A stretch of DNA of 51,934 nt from IMG/VR virus record IMGVR_UViG_3300035564_000113, positions 1 through 51,934 of that record. One strand, given 5' to 3'. Made by a program: the position numbers and the translations under genes. Under the pieces are notes generated by a model. The model did not search any database and was not told where the DNA came from. It worked only from the letters and a program-made list of their open reading frames with translations. This DNA comes from a virus (taxonomy: Duplodnaviria > Caudoviricetes). Positions 28,102 through 38,037 of this stretch are shown here, piece after piece; the first letter of the stretch is position 1; each line of letters begins with the position of its first letter.

Positions 28102-28847
28102 GGAATCACCCGTTGCAGTGTCGCCAAAATCTTCGCCCGTTTCTCGCAGGCGTGGGTACTTCCGGCCATCGTCGGACCCCAGCCGTATTGCTTGTTGAGG
28201 TCAGAGTAACGCTGCCGCGTCTCGTCATATTCTCGCGCGATTTCTTCGATGGGTCGGATGTGGTGAAAGTGAAGCAGGTAAGTGCTGGGGATGTTTGGCG
28301 TCACCGGATTTGCAAACGGCGTTCCGTCTTGCAGGTGCCCGGTGCAGACGTGAGCGCCGCACCCGAAATCAATATCATGAATTCGCTTCGGCGAGAACAG
28401 TATTGGCTTCGCGTAATCAACGTCATCTTTTCCGCCCATCTTGATTTCATCGTAGACCTGCCCGGTGCAGGTCGGAAACACGTCTGATAGCATCTCCCAG
28501 CCGTAGGGCTTGACGACCGCCACGCCTTGTTGCGCGTAAGAGTCAAGCGTTGGGCCAACCCCAGCCGGGAAATAGATCAGTTCATCGGCATCAGCACAGA
28601 TCACCCAGTCGGCGTCAGTCCCACGCCATGCGGCGTTTTTAAGTTGTTTATTGAGGAGGTCATTTATCTTCCCTCCGGTATCGAAACCAATCACATCGAC
28701 TCCAAACTTCTTGGCAATCTCGCGCGTGCCATCAGTCGAGAAAGCGTCATGCACCACGATGCGATCACAAAAGGTTTGGTAGTGGCGCAGCGCGTAGGCG
28801 ATGAACGCCTCTTCGTTGAAAGTGATGAGGTGGGCTTCGATTTTCAT
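28098..28847 (-). CDS. Glycosyltransferase, GT2-like
   Basis: FNEE..I...LRHY, HDAFSTDGT, WVICADADE. Confidence 0.85.
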   Translation of the reverse strand: MKIEAHLITFNEEAFIAYALRHYQTFCDRIVVHDAFSTDGTREIAKKFGVDVIGFDTGGKINDLLNKQLKNAAWRGTDADWVICADADELIYFPAGVGPTLDSYAQQGVAVVKPYGWEMLSDVFPTCTGQVYDEIKMGGKDDVDYAKPILFSPKRIHDIDFGCGAHVCTGHLQDGTPFANPVTPNIPSTYLLHFHHIRPIEEIAREYDETRQRYSDLNKQYGWGPTMAGSTHACEKRAKILATLQRVIP

Positions 28848-29611
28848 TTTCTGACCCAAAGGGCGTGTGGGCAGTCCGACAACCCAAGCGGCTCTTCGGC
28901 GATGAGGTTAAAGTGCTGTTCGATCATCGGACGGAAACTAACCGGGAATTTCTCGTTCCACAGTGCGTAGGCACTCCCCATTGTCCCGTGTGATACGGTG
29001 AAGAGGAATGGCGTACCCATCGACACGATCACATCAATCCAGTTCTGAACCTGTGCCGGCGAACACTCGTTCCACGAGTGGATATTAATGGCGACGTGCG
29101 GCCGCATCGTAGCCGAATCGGTTATGAACTCATCCAGTGTCAGCACTTTCACGGGCGGATAGAAACGCTGGCAGTAGTAGCGGCAAAGTTTCGTGCTGAT
29201 GGGAATCGCGTCCACGCAAGTCATCGTGTGCGTCAGTGGGGCGAGCATCACCGCCAACCGGCCGTAGCCTGCGCCAATCTCTAGGATGTCTGCATAACTA
29301 AGTTCCATTGGCAAGTGGCGGCGCAGGAAATCAATTTCGATGTTCGCCTCCAGCCACATTCGATTGACGCGCCCAAGCGCCGGTGTATCGACCATGCGCG
29401 CCCCGAATTCCTCATCACGACTTTTCCCGCAAGGATCAGCCATGAAGCAGGTTAATTTGTCTACTTGCTCGGCAGCACGGCAGAACCGTTCTTCGGCCGG
29501 GTTGCCCTGTTCGACGTAAATGGCATTGGCGGCGAAGTACGGCAGCGCATCGCGCACCACTTCGCACCACGTTTTCCACATGCCACCGTCAGATAGGTCT
29601 TCTGGTTTCAT
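28844..29611 (-). CDS. Putative sugar O-methyltransferase
   Basis: ILEIGAGYGRLA SAM motif, INIHSWNEC. Confidence 0.8.
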   Translation of the reverse strand: MKPEDLSDGGMWKTWCEVVRDALPYFAANAIYVEQGNPAEERFCRAAEQVDKLTCFMADPCGKSRDEEFGARMVDTPALGRVNRMWLEANIEIDFLRRHLPMELSYADILEIGAGYGRLAVMLAPLTHTMTCVDAIPISTKLCRYYCQRFYPPVKVLTLDEFITDSATMRPHVAINIHSWNECSPAQVQNWIDVIVSMGTPFLFTVSHGTMGSAYALWNEKFPVSFRPMIEQHFNLIAEEPLGLSDCPHALWVRK

Positions 29612-30948
29612 TCGGAGATTTTGATGAATGCCACCTGCCACGCTTTCCCGATCACCTGAATCTCTCGCGCGTAGATCGCCAGAAATGAGTCGATCGCCAT
29701 CTTCGGCCGGTCAATCGGAAGCGGCATGGAGTCCCATGCGTAGTCGTCACAGATCATCACGCCTCCGATCTTGAGAAGACGGAAGGCGAAAACCATATCG
29801 GAGAGTGCGCCTTTCGCGGTGTGCAGTCCATCCACGTAGATGAAGGACAGACTTGCCGGGAAGGTCGGAAGCACGTTCCCAGAGTAATCCTTGATGATCG
29901 TGCATTGCGGGAAGCGGGCGAGCCGAGCCCTGGCGGCTTCTTCAATGTGAGACACGTCAATTCTGTGCAAGACGTGCTCAGGACTTCCGGTGAACGGATC
30001 ACAGCAGAAAAATTGCGCCCCGTCGCCAGTCACGATGTTGTCGCAAAACCATTCGGCAGATTCGCCCTGGAAGGTGCCAATTTCCATCCCTACCACACCT
30101 TTCTTGCCCTGAAATGGAGCGAGCCATTTGAGCCAATTAGGGCCGTGTGCTCGGCCGGTTTCTGACTTGGCGATGTTCACCACTTGAGCCGAAGGGATCG
30201 GGGGTGTTGGGATTGCGATGGGCGTTCGCGGCGTTTGAAAGAATCCGGCATAGTTGCCGGCGTCGTCTCCGATTAACTCGCACAGCTTTTCCAGCTTCGG
30301 GTCATCCTTCGCCGCTGAGTCGCGCCGGACGTGTGCCGGCCCGTACCCAACTTTTCCCGGCATCGCCTTGATGCCAATAACCATTCGCCGGCCGTAGATT
30401 CCGTTTGGGCTCAAGACCATCTTCCGGTTCGGTGCCAGTTTCCAAAGCGGCTCGTCAATAAAAGCGTCGTTGTCCGGAGAGCGCATGATTCCGTTGCAGA
30501 CCTCAAGTATGAGCGGAAAGAACCTGCGACCAATGGCGGTTGAACACAAGCTGGCGTGGGTGGCGTTCGTGTGCGAAAACCACGTTCGGTCCCGCACGTT
30601 GTAGTATACGGCCCAGCCCTCGCCGACTAAATCGAGATTGGCCAATTTCTCAGCGCACCACGCAATCCAGTTCTCGCGGTAGAAATCGTCATCCTCAATG
30701 AAAACGAGCGCATCGCCCTTCACTAACCCGCCGACCAGCGCCATGCGAACCTTACTGACCATGCTTTTCTTGCCGCGAAACTCCGGGCAGTAGATGTATT
30801 GCTGACCCATCGTCGGAACAATGGGTTTGTCTCCATCGTCGAGAACGAGCCATTGGTCGGGCTTGCGAGTCTGCCGCGAAACATATTTTTCGCAGAGAGC
30901 GAAAGCCTCGGGGCGGTCGGCAGTGCAGGTGATAGCGGTAATGAGCAT
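29608..30948 (-). CDS. GT2-like glycosyltransferase fused to a class I SAM methyltransferase
   Basis: N-terminal ITCT..RP, VLDDG, FIEDDD; C-terminal EIGTFQGES, IYVDGLH, GGVMICDDY. Confidence 0.85.
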   Translation of the reverse strand: MLITAITCTADRPEAFALCEKYVSRQTRKPDQWLVLDDGDKPIVPTMGQQYIYCPEFRGKKSMVSKVRMALVGGLVKGDALVFIEDDDFYRENWIAWCAEKLANLDLVGEGWAVYYNVRDRTWFSHTNATHASLCSTAIGRRFFPLILEVCNGIMRSPDNDAFIDEPLWKLAPNRKMVLSPNGIYGRRMVIGIKAMPGKVGYGPAHVRRDSAAKDDPKLEKLCELIGDDAGNYAGFFQTPRTPIAIPTPPIPSAQVVNIAKSETGRAHGPNWLKWLAPFQGKKGVVGMEIGTFQGESAEWFCDNIVTGDGAQFFCCDPFTGSPEHVLHRIDVSHIEEAARARLARFPQCTIIKDYSGNVLPTFPASLSFIYVDGLHTAKGALSDMVFAFRLLKIGGVMICDDYAWDSMPLPIDRPKMAIDSFLAIYAREIQVIGKAWQVAFIKISE

Positions 30949-30957
30949 GGGGAAAAT

Positions 30958-31668
30958 CTATCGTGTGAGGTAATCGAACGAATGGCTTGGCATGTAGCGG
31001 GCGAACCGCTGTTGAAGGAAGGCCAGATTCTTGGCGTGCCACTCGCGGCACTGCGGGACCATGGCGGACGTAGCGCCGCGGTAATGCGTGAACGGAAGGT
31101 CAACACGGTGCAGATTGTAGCCGGCCTCGCGCATCCGCAGCGATATGTAGGCGTCCTCTCCGTAGGCTCCCTCAAGCTCTGGCGGAAACAGGCCGGGCTC
31201 CACGGCGCGCACCTTCTCGGTATCCATGCAAAGCATCGCGCCCTCCAGATACTCGAAACGCGGGCCAACCTCGCCGCAGAAGTCATCGCGCAACTGGCAG
31301 CACCCGCCCGCCGGCCCAGTCATGGCGCACTTCGGATCGACTGCGAACGGAGCCTTGAGCACGTCAAGCCATCCGCGCGTAACCACCGTGTCATCGTTCA
31401 GCATGACAAAGTATTTGCCCTTGGCCCACGTGAACGCCCGGCGATTCGGCATAATAAATCCCATGTTTTCCGAATTGTGAATGGCACCGACTTTGCCGGG
31501 ATATGCGAATTTCATTTCCTCGAAAAACCTCTCGACCTCGGTCGATCCTCCATTGTCCGTCAGGATCAGCTCGAAGTCACCGCCAGCCGATAGCACGGAG
31601 TCTATGCAACGCTTCGCCATCGGCAGCGCCGTGTACGTCAGGATCGATATGGAGAATTCAGGCGTCAT
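30958..31668 (-). CDS. Glycosyltransferase, GT2
   Basis: ILTDNGGS, NMGF...N, MLNDDT, YGEDAYISLR. Confidence 0.88.
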   Translation of the reverse strand: MTPEFSISILTYTALPMAKRCIDSVLSAGGDFELILTDNGGSTEVERFFEEMKFAYPGKVGAIHNSENMGFIMPNRRAFTWAKGKYFVMLNDDTVVTRGWLDVLKAPFAVDPKCAMTGPAGGCCQLRDDFCGEVGPRFEYLEGAMLCMDTEKVRAVEPGLFPPELEGAYGEDAYISLRMREAGYNLHRVDLPFTHYRGATSAMVPQCREWHAKNLAFLQQRFARYMPSHSFDYLTR

Positions 31669-31985
31669 TTTGAGTCGTCCCATTTGCCGATGGTGCGCAG
31701 GAAGGCTTCGGCGCGTTGGGAGGAAGTAGCAAAAATGCAATCAGCTAGAGCCAAGCATCCGGGCGAATTTCTCAATTCGGCCAATGTGAGCACGAACTTA
31801 ACCTTCTGCATAGCAGTCCGCGTCTTCTCTGCCTCGTGCATGGCGTTGAGGTCGGAGGGGTATTGTGGAACTTCCGATTCGGCATGAACCATATCATCTC
31901 CGGGCAACCACCAATCACCCGCATGTATGCCTTTCTTCCATCCGCACGCCTCCGCAATCGCGATCCGTTGTGCTTCAGGGGTCAT
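31665..31985 (-). CDS. Phage ABA-sandwich-like protein
   Basis: IAEACGW...PQYPSDLNAMHEAE...QRAEAFL. Confidence 0.55.
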   Translation of the reverse strand: MTPEAQRIAIAEACGWKKGIHAGDWWLPGDDMVHAESEVPQYPSDLNAMHEAEKTRTAMQKVKFVLTLAELRNSPGCLALADCIFATSSQRAEAFLRTIGKWDDSK

Positions 31986-32194
31986 GGGATTTTGCTGTAC
32001 TTGGCCGCGCAATCCTCGATTCCAACCCAGAGTTCACGTAGGCGGCATAGTTGGTTTTCGAGCGGCTCGTTCAATTTGAAAGGCATCTGGTAACTGAACG
32101 TCTTCCCTTCAGGGGTCTCAAAGAGCATTTGAAGTTGGATGATGCCGAGAACCTCGTGAACCAAAACAATGTCGATGAGTCGCCAAGTTTTCAT
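31982..32194 (-). CDS. Hypothetical protein
   Basis: Trimmed to MKTWRL; ATGA overlaps. Confidence 0.55.
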   Translation of the reverse strand: MKTWRLIDIVLVHEVLGIIQLQMLFETPEGKTFSYQMPFKLNEPLENQLCRLRELWVGIEDCAAKYSKIP

Positions 32195-32328
32195 TTCTTG
32201 CTCCTTCGTTTCGCGAGCGCCGAGTAGTACGCCGAGTCGCCGCGGCTGCGTGACGGCACTTTCTTGCCCTTCGTCTTCCCGCCCAGAGCGGCGAGATACT
32301 TGATGACTTCGGGATGCAACGGCTTCAT
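32191..32328 (-). CDS. Small basic protein (45 aa; not in ORF track)
   Basis: MKPLHPEVIKYLAALGGKTKG...YYSALAKRRSKK fills the gap with 4-nt overlaps on both sides. Confidence 0.6.
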   Translation of the reverse strand: MKPLHPEVIKYLAALGGKTKGKKVPSRSRGDSAYYSALAKRRSKK

Positions 32329-32588
32329 TGCTCAAGTCGAAGCTCGATGATTTTGTGTTGGTGAAGCGCCTCAAGTAAAACTCGGGCGTCATTCGATATT
32401 GGCGATGAACCTGAGGCAGCTAACCCCTTCAAAAATGATTCCGCGTGCCCACCTTCATGGATCGTAATTGTGCCCTCAAGACTCCCGTCATGGCCAAAGA
32501 ATTCCCTACAGAAAGCCCACTTGAACTCTGTATCCAGATGGCGATTCATTACGGGTGAAACTGGTTTCCAGACAAGCGTCGTGCTCAT
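32325..32588 (-). CDS. Hypothetical protein
   Basis: MSTTLVWKP start (or 32624). Confidence 0.55.
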   Translation of the reverse strand: MSTTLVWKPVSPVMNRHLDTEFKWAFCREFFGHDGSLEGTITIHEGGHAESFLKGLAASGSSPISNDARVLLEALHQHKIIELRLEQ

Positions 32589-32620
32589 GCCGCGCACCGT
32601 GCGCGTACCGTTTGAGCTTG

Positions 32621-33250
32621 TCAAGGAGAAATCGTGCGCGTGATGGTATGTTGGGAAACCTTCTGCGATGGCTTGATGATTTCCTCATAGGGAAGCCCGT
32701 GTTCCATCCTACGTTTTAGCCCGGGAACTGAGATGCCTATTTCCTTTGCCCACTCGGCGGCAGTTTTGGTAATCCCGTTCAAAACGATTCGTTCTGACCT
32801 GATACGCTCGCTGGGTTTCGCGAGAAGATCACGCCCTGTCCATCCGAGCTTTATCCGAACTGACATGGTGGGGCGACTAATGCCGGATTCATCTGCCCAC
32901 TGGCTTGCCAGTTTTGATACCCCGTCGATTGTAATTGGTTTGTTACTACGTACGTTTCTCATGTTGGTTGTCCGAGTAACCCAGCGAACATTGCCCGGCT
33001 CATAATTACCGTTGTTGTTGGTACGGTCTAATTCGAGTTCGGGAGATTCGGGCAATCCAACATCGGCGACAAACTGCATGAAGTTGTTCACCCACTGGTC
33101 GCAGATCTTAATGCCGCGGCCACCGTAATCGGCATAGGTCGCATTGCTCGGGTTTAGGCATCGGTCCTTGATGCTCTTCCACCGAAAGAAAATCGACCGT
33201 TCGATTTGGTTCATCGCTTTGACGCAGTAACGCAGTTCATATCGTATCAT
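32621..33250 (-). CDS. HNH-type homing endonuclease-like protein
   Basis: WKSIKDRC.NP....YGGRGIKIC.QW, LDRTNNNGNYEPGNVRW, two C-terminal HTH-like repeats. Confidence 0.85.
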   Translation of the reverse strand: MIRYELRYCVKAMNQIERSIFFRWKSIKDRCLNPSNATYADYGGRGIKICDQWVNNFMQFVADVGLPESPELELDRTNNNGNYEPGNVRWVTRTTNMRNVRSNKPITIDGVSKLASQWADESGISRPTMSVRIKLGWTGRDLLAKPSERIRSERIVLNGITKTAAEWAKEIGISVPGLKRRMEHGLPYEEIIKPSQKVSQHTITRTISP

Positions 33251-33459
33251 TTTATTTTGGGTTGACGGTTGTGAGTTTATCTGAGAGTAGAACACCAATC
33301 TTAAATGTCGGGCCTGATTGCCCCGACTAAAACGCGCCAAGCGCGATTCAGATTCGGCCTGTGAAGGATTGGCCGCCCTTGCAGAAAAACGGGAGACACT
33401 GTGTTCATCACGGATAAACATACCTTCCAAACATCAATCGTCAACTCTAATTTAAAATC

Positions 33460-34656
33460 ATGGCCAACTTGACAAACATCAATAGTTACTTTCTTACCCG
33501 TCGGTCGCAATTTGAGCAGAACATATTTGCAAGGTTTTGGACAACCGATCCCAATGCTGGGCTTATTGAGCAAAAGCCCTTCGAGCTGGAAATGGGCCTG
33601 ACGCCGACCGTAGTGACGGCGACGCACGATCTGCCGACGAGCTACCTGCCGCTGACGCAGACGGCGCTGGCGCTGTCCAACGGCACGGGCAACACGGCGT
33701 GCAACCCTGGCGTCGTCACGATTGGCGGCGGCTACATCACGCGCAACTTCAACCTGACGGTGAATGCGTTCCAGACGGAAGTGTTCTGCCTGACGGATCT
33801 GCAATTCAAGTTCCAGTGGGAGCAACAGGCGCGGTTCCGCGAGAAGGGGCTCGGCGACTACGTGACGCAGTTCCAAGGTGACTGGGGCCGCGTCAACAAC
33901 ATCGGCCAGCTCAACACAAAGATCAGCACCACGGGGGCCGGCGTCTTCACGCAGGCGACCAGTGCGTTGTTCGATTTCAGCGCGCTCGCCGGCTCACTGC
34001 CCACGGTGGCACTCGACTGGGCGATGCTCGGCCAACTCTACGACCGGCTCAATCAAATCGGCGCGCAGCAAAACGCGGTTGGCATGAGCGACGGTACGCC
34101 GGTGTACGCGCTGAACGTCGGTCCCGGACTCAAGCGGTTGCTCTACCAAGGCAGTTCGACGGCGGCCAGCCTTGTCCGCACGTCGGTTGACTTCATGGAC
34201 ATGGGCAAGGAGTACAGCCGGAACTTCCTGGCGCGGGGCATCGACACGGCGATCAACGGCTTCCTTCCGAACGTCGATCTGTGCCAAGTGCGCTACGATT
34301 CGCAGTTGAATCCGCTGTACCCGTATGTGAACAACCCGGTGACGGTCGGCACAGGCGCGGCGCCCAACCCCAACTACCGCACGGTGGCGAACGGCGGGTT
34401 GGCGGTTTACGAGGCGTTCACGGTCATGGCGCGCGGGGTGTACTCGAAGCGCCCGCGGCCGGTCGGACCGTTGCAGGCTGGGCTGGAGGCGTTCAATCCG
34501 GTGACGTACAGCGGCGAGGTGCGCTGGATCAACAACCCGGACATGAGCACCAATGCGCTGGGCAACTTCGGTTTCTACCGGCTGGACATCCAGCAGGCGG
34601 CCATGCCGGAGTTTCCGGAGCTGGGTTTCGCCGGGATCACCATCGCGGTCGATTGA
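33460..34656 (+). CDS. Major capsid protein
   Basis: 398 aa, strongly GC3-biased codons, followed by a hairpin; no other candidate; no diagnostic motif. Confidence 0.75.
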   Translation: MANLTNINSYFLTRRSQFEQNIFARFWTTDPNAGLIEQKPFELEMGLTPTVVTATHDLPTSYLPLTQTALALSNGTGNTACNPGVVTIGGGYITRNFNLTVNAFQTEVFCLTDLQFKFQWEQQARFREKGLGDYVTQFQGDWGRVNNIGQLNTKISTTGAGVFTQATSALFDFSALAGSLPTVALDWAMLGQLYDRLNQIGAQQNAVGMSDGTPVYALNVGPGLKRLLYQGSSTAASLVRTSVDFMDMGKEYSRNFLARGIDTAINGFLPNVDLCQVRYDSQLNPLYPYVNNPVTVGTGAAPNPNYRTVANGGLAVYEAFTVMARGVYSKRPRPVGPLQAGLEAFNPVTYSGEVRWINNPDMSTNALGNFGFYRLDIQQAAMPEFPELGFAGITIAVD

Positions 34657-34691
34657 TTCGACCGGGTTTCGGAGATATGAGTAACGGGCTG

Positions 34692-34732
34692 GGGGCCGGC
34701 GCAGGGATACGCCGGCCCCTCCCCCATTCTTT
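34692..34732 (+). terminator. Putative terminator after the capsid gene
   Basis: GGGGCCGGCG-N8-CGCCGGCCCC stem, weak U-tract. Confidence 0.55.
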
Positions 34733-34771
34733 GCCATCACATTGTAGCTTCCAATTTTCAGATACATTGCC

Positions 34772-37270
34772 ATGAAACGCCTCTACTCGCTTTTCTTCAC
34801 ATTCGCCATGTTGGCGAATATCAACACCGCCCAGGTTGTGCCAAAGGAGAATGTGCAGCACGTTTTGGGAACAGGTAATTATGTTGGATCGAATGCCGGT
34901 GCGCTGCTCTTTACAACACCGAATGGCGGCGGGGCTGCTTTTAATTCTGTTAATACGATTGTCGCTCTTCGCTCATTGTCGATCACCGGAATGGCCAATG
35001 GCGCGCAAGGTGGCGTAGCTGGATACTATGCCGTTGGCGATGGAGGCGGAGGGCCGACGCGGGTGCTTGTCACCGGGCAGCCTGCGGGCACGTACACTGA
35101 TAATGGAGGTAGCGTCATCGTGCCGACTGGCGGTAATGGTTCTGCGGCGTGGTTGTGGCAGTATACTGGGGCAATAAATGCGCGTTGGTTCGGAGCCTAT
35201 GGCGACGGAACGCACGATGACACCGCTGCAATTCAGGCAGCGATCAACGCAACTGGCACAGCGGATTATTCGGTTGGAACAGGGGCGATGACTACCGTTC
35301 GCGGTCTTGAGGTATACGTTCCGCGCGGCACATATCTAATCACGACGCTCAACCTAAAGCGTGGAATCGTGATCCGTGGCGAATCCATGAACAGTACGGT
35401 TTTCATTCATGCGTCGGCAACGGGAAATGCGTTCAGTTTTACCAACGTAGCCGAATACGTTTCCAGCGTGCAGGACGAGGTTCACTTGCGGGACTTTTCT
35501 ATGTATCAGTCAACGCACCCCGCGTCGGGGAGCGCGATTGACTGTACCCCAACAACGTCGGCAAGCCGCACGCTGATTGATAACGTGACGATCAGCAATT
35601 TCTTCAATGGAGTGACGTTGAAAGCGCAGATCAACTCAAAGTTGAACAACGTATACATCAACGCTTATTACGGATACGGTTTTCACTTGGAGGGCACGCT
35701 TTCGTCTTTTAGGAATTGTTATGCCACGCAAGGGGTAAACAATGGCAATGCGTTCGAGTTTGAGGGTTGCGTCTACTGTAGCGCATACACGTGTTCTGCG
35801 GACGCATCTGGCGGCGCTTCGTTTCTGTTGTCGAATTGCCTTTCGACGAATCTTTATGGGTGCGCTGGAGAGGCGAACGTCTATGGCGTGAAGGTGTTTC
35901 AGTCTTACGGGTGCATCGTTGATGGATTCTTCCTTAATGTCGGTTCCACCACGATCAACTACTTGAATCTAGTGTCGGCGTACCAATGCGAATTTCGCAA
36001 TCTTTCGTATCAGGGGTTGGCTCCCGGTTACGGGAGTGGATGGGCGGTGGCTGGCGCGGATTCTCCGGTCAACGTGCAGAACTCCGTTTCGTTTGGGCAT
36101 GTGTCGGGTTCCACGGCGTTTGCGACTGGCTGGGTTCAGTCTCCGAGCGCATTTGCGAACATCTTGCTACCCGATAGCATGACCGAAAGCAAATCCAGCA
36201 CTCGCTCCATGGGTCCGGGATTGGTCGCTTTCCCGTATAACTGCAACGCGGCAGGAATCCCGCCGGCCACTACGGGCGTTTCGCTGGGGTACAATTATTC
36301 TGGCGGAGACGCAGAGGCGAACATCATTTGGGGAACGGGCTATTCGGGCTCCCCCTTGCAGTTTGCCGAATGGAGTGGAACGGCATTGACCGAGCGAGCG
36401 CGAATCGTAAACGGGAACCTTCTTTTTGGAACCACTTCGGCTACGGGACTGACAGGTGTTGGAGGCGTTAAAATCGCGTCAACCACGGCAGCGTCTTCCA
36501 GCACGGTAGGATCTCTCTTGGTTGGGAATGGAACGGCGGCGACTAACGTAGGAATTGGCGGCGGAAGTATCAACGCCGGAGCCGGTATCACGTCTTCTAC
36601 GGTCGGGTTTTCAGCCACGGCTACCGGGACCGGACTTGGGCTACACGGCGGCGGGGCGATCACCGGGGCATCTGGAGCAATCACGCTGACGGGATCGGGG
36701 ACAAACCAGAACGTCACTCTAACTCCGAGCGGGGTTGGGTACACGTTGCTGAACGGAAACGTCGGAATCGGGTCTGCGGTTCCACCGAACGCATTGTCAG
36801 TAGGAACGCCGAATGGCGCATACGGGAAGGTTGGAATCAAGCAAAGTGGAACCGCTACCTATACCGGCCTTTGGGTCGAATCATCTGATGTAAATTCCAA
36901 TACGATTACGGTTGGGCACAGCGGAACTTATGGTTCGGTCAGCACAACCTATGGTACCGGAGTCGGCGGAGGGCCGACGTACTTGGTGCTGGAAGAGTTT
37001 GGCGGTGATGTTGAAATCGGAGGCGCAGGCAACACGCTAAAGATAAAGGCCGGAAGCAATTGCCTTGCTGGCACCGTTGTTCTTACGACCGGATCAGGCA
37101 CGATCACAAGCACGGCCATTGACGCCAACACCGTGATTTTTCTTACACTCAGGACGGCAAACGGCGCGGCATCCGCTCCGCTGGTAACGCTTGGAACCGG
37201 CAGTGCGACAGTGACCGGGCTTGCAACGGATTCAGGCACATATAACTGGATTGGTTTCAAGGCATACTAA
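34772..37270 (+). CDS. Tailspike / tail fibre with pectate-lyase-3-type beta-helix
   Basis: GYYAVGDGGGG head motif, NARWFGAYGDGTHDDTAAIQAAI, VYVPRGTY, GNVGIG repeats. Confidence 0.85.
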   Translation: MKRLYSLFFTFAMLANINTAQVVPKENVQHVLGTGNYVGSNAGALLFTTPNGGGAAFNSVNTIVALRSLSITGMANGAQGGVAGYYAVGDGGGGPTRVLVTGQPAGTYTDNGGSVIVPTGGNGSAAWLWQYTGAINARWFGAYGDGTHDDTAAIQAAINATGTADYSVGTGAMTTVRGLEVYVPRGTYLITTLNLKRGIVIRGESMNSTVFIHASATGNAFSFTNVAEYVSSVQDEVHLRDFSMYQSTHPASGSAIDCTPTTSASRTLIDNVTISNFFNGVTLKAQINSKLNNVYINAYYGYGFHLEGTLSSFRNCYATQGVNNGNAFEFEGCVYCSAYTCSADASGGASFLLSNCLSTNLYGCAGEANVYGVKVFQSYGCIVDGFFLNVGSTTINYLNLVSAYQCEFRNLSYQGLAPGYGSGWAVAGADSPVNVQNSVSFGHVSGSTAFATGWVQSPSAFANILLPDSMTESKSSTRSMGPGLVAFPYNCNAAGIPPATTGVSLGYNYSGGDAEANIIWGTGYSGSPLQFAEWSGTALTERARIVNGNLLFGTTSATGLTGVGGVKIASTTAASSSTVGSLLVGNGTAATNVGIGGGSINAGAGITSSTVGFSATATGTGLGLHGGGAITGASGAITLTGSGTNQNVTLTPSGVGYTLLNGNVGIGSAVPPNALSVGTPNGAYGKVGIKQSGTATYTGLWVESSDVNSNTITVGHSGTYGSVSTTYGTGVGGGPTYLVLEEFGGDVEIGGAGNTLKIKAGSNCLAGTVVLTTGSGTITSTAIDANTVIFLTLRTANGAASAPLVTLGTGSATVTGLATDSGTYNWIGFKAY

Positions 37271-37321
37271 TCCAATGATCCTCCCCACCTTATTAGCTTC
37301 CGCCGCCCGTCACTACTTGCC

Positions 37322-37693
37322 ATGACCTACTTTTACTGGTTTCTCGGTCTGTTCGCGGTTGGTCTTGCAGCGGTGATCTATGTCTTCCGTGGAACGTGGA
37401 ACAGCATCGCCAACGAGATGGCTGACCACGCGAAGACCTATGCCATCGCTTACACGGTTGGAGGCGCGCTCATCTTCATCGCCGCTGGCACTCAGTTTGA
37501 GCAAAGCTACTACGCCTTAGACGGGAAAATGCAGGACTCAATGCCATGGGCTCCCTACGTCGTTTTCTTCTGGAAGCCAGTCGCAGCCGGACTTACTACT
37601 CTCGTGGCCTTCCTTAACCGCTCGATTGAGCGTGCTCAAGAGGTTCGCCGCAACGCTCCTACTCCCGATAATCAACCCGCTAAAGTACCATGA
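37322..37693 (+). CDS. Putative holin (multi-TM)
   Basis: About 3 hydrophobic segments, charged tail, position. Confidence 0.5.
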   Translation: MTYFYWFLGLFAVGLAAVIYVFRGTWNSIANEMADHAKTYAIAYTVGGALIFIAAGTQFEQSYYALDGKMQDSMPWAPYVVFFWKPVAAGLTTLVAFLNRSIERAQEVRRNAPTPDNQPAKVP

Positions 37694-38037
37694 AAATCCG
37701 CCTCATCATCGCAGTAATCGCGCTGGCCCTGCTTTCGGGCTGCGCTACGTCAACGCAGAAGAATGCCGGTGCCTTCCTCGCCAAAGTCGCCAGCATGAAC
37801 ATCACGGCGGCTGACGTTAGCCAGTCCACGACCGGGCCGTTCTACAACCATAGCGAGTCTATCAGCGGGCTTCACCACCAACCGGGCTCGTTCTCGATTG
37901 AGAATCTGAAAGCCGAGTTTGGCATCCCGCTGTGGGGCGTCAAGTGGTCGTTCTCGGCCTCAGCTATCTCGGGCGAGACACCGCAGGCCGTCGCCGCCGT
38001 CGCTACCGCCGCCGTCAAAGAGCCAACCACCAAATGA
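37690..38037 (+). CDS. Lipoprotein
   Basis: Signal peptide with lipobox LSGC. Confidence 0.8.
   Translation: MKIRLIIAVIALALLSGCATSTQKNAGAFLAKVASMNITAADVSQSTTGPFYNHSESISGLHHQPGSFSIENLKAEFGIPLWGVKWSFSASAISGETPQAVAAVATAAVKEPTTK

Noticed and set aside
34772-37270. Diversity-generating retroelement target
   Set aside because: No reverse transcriptase and no TR/VR pair seen
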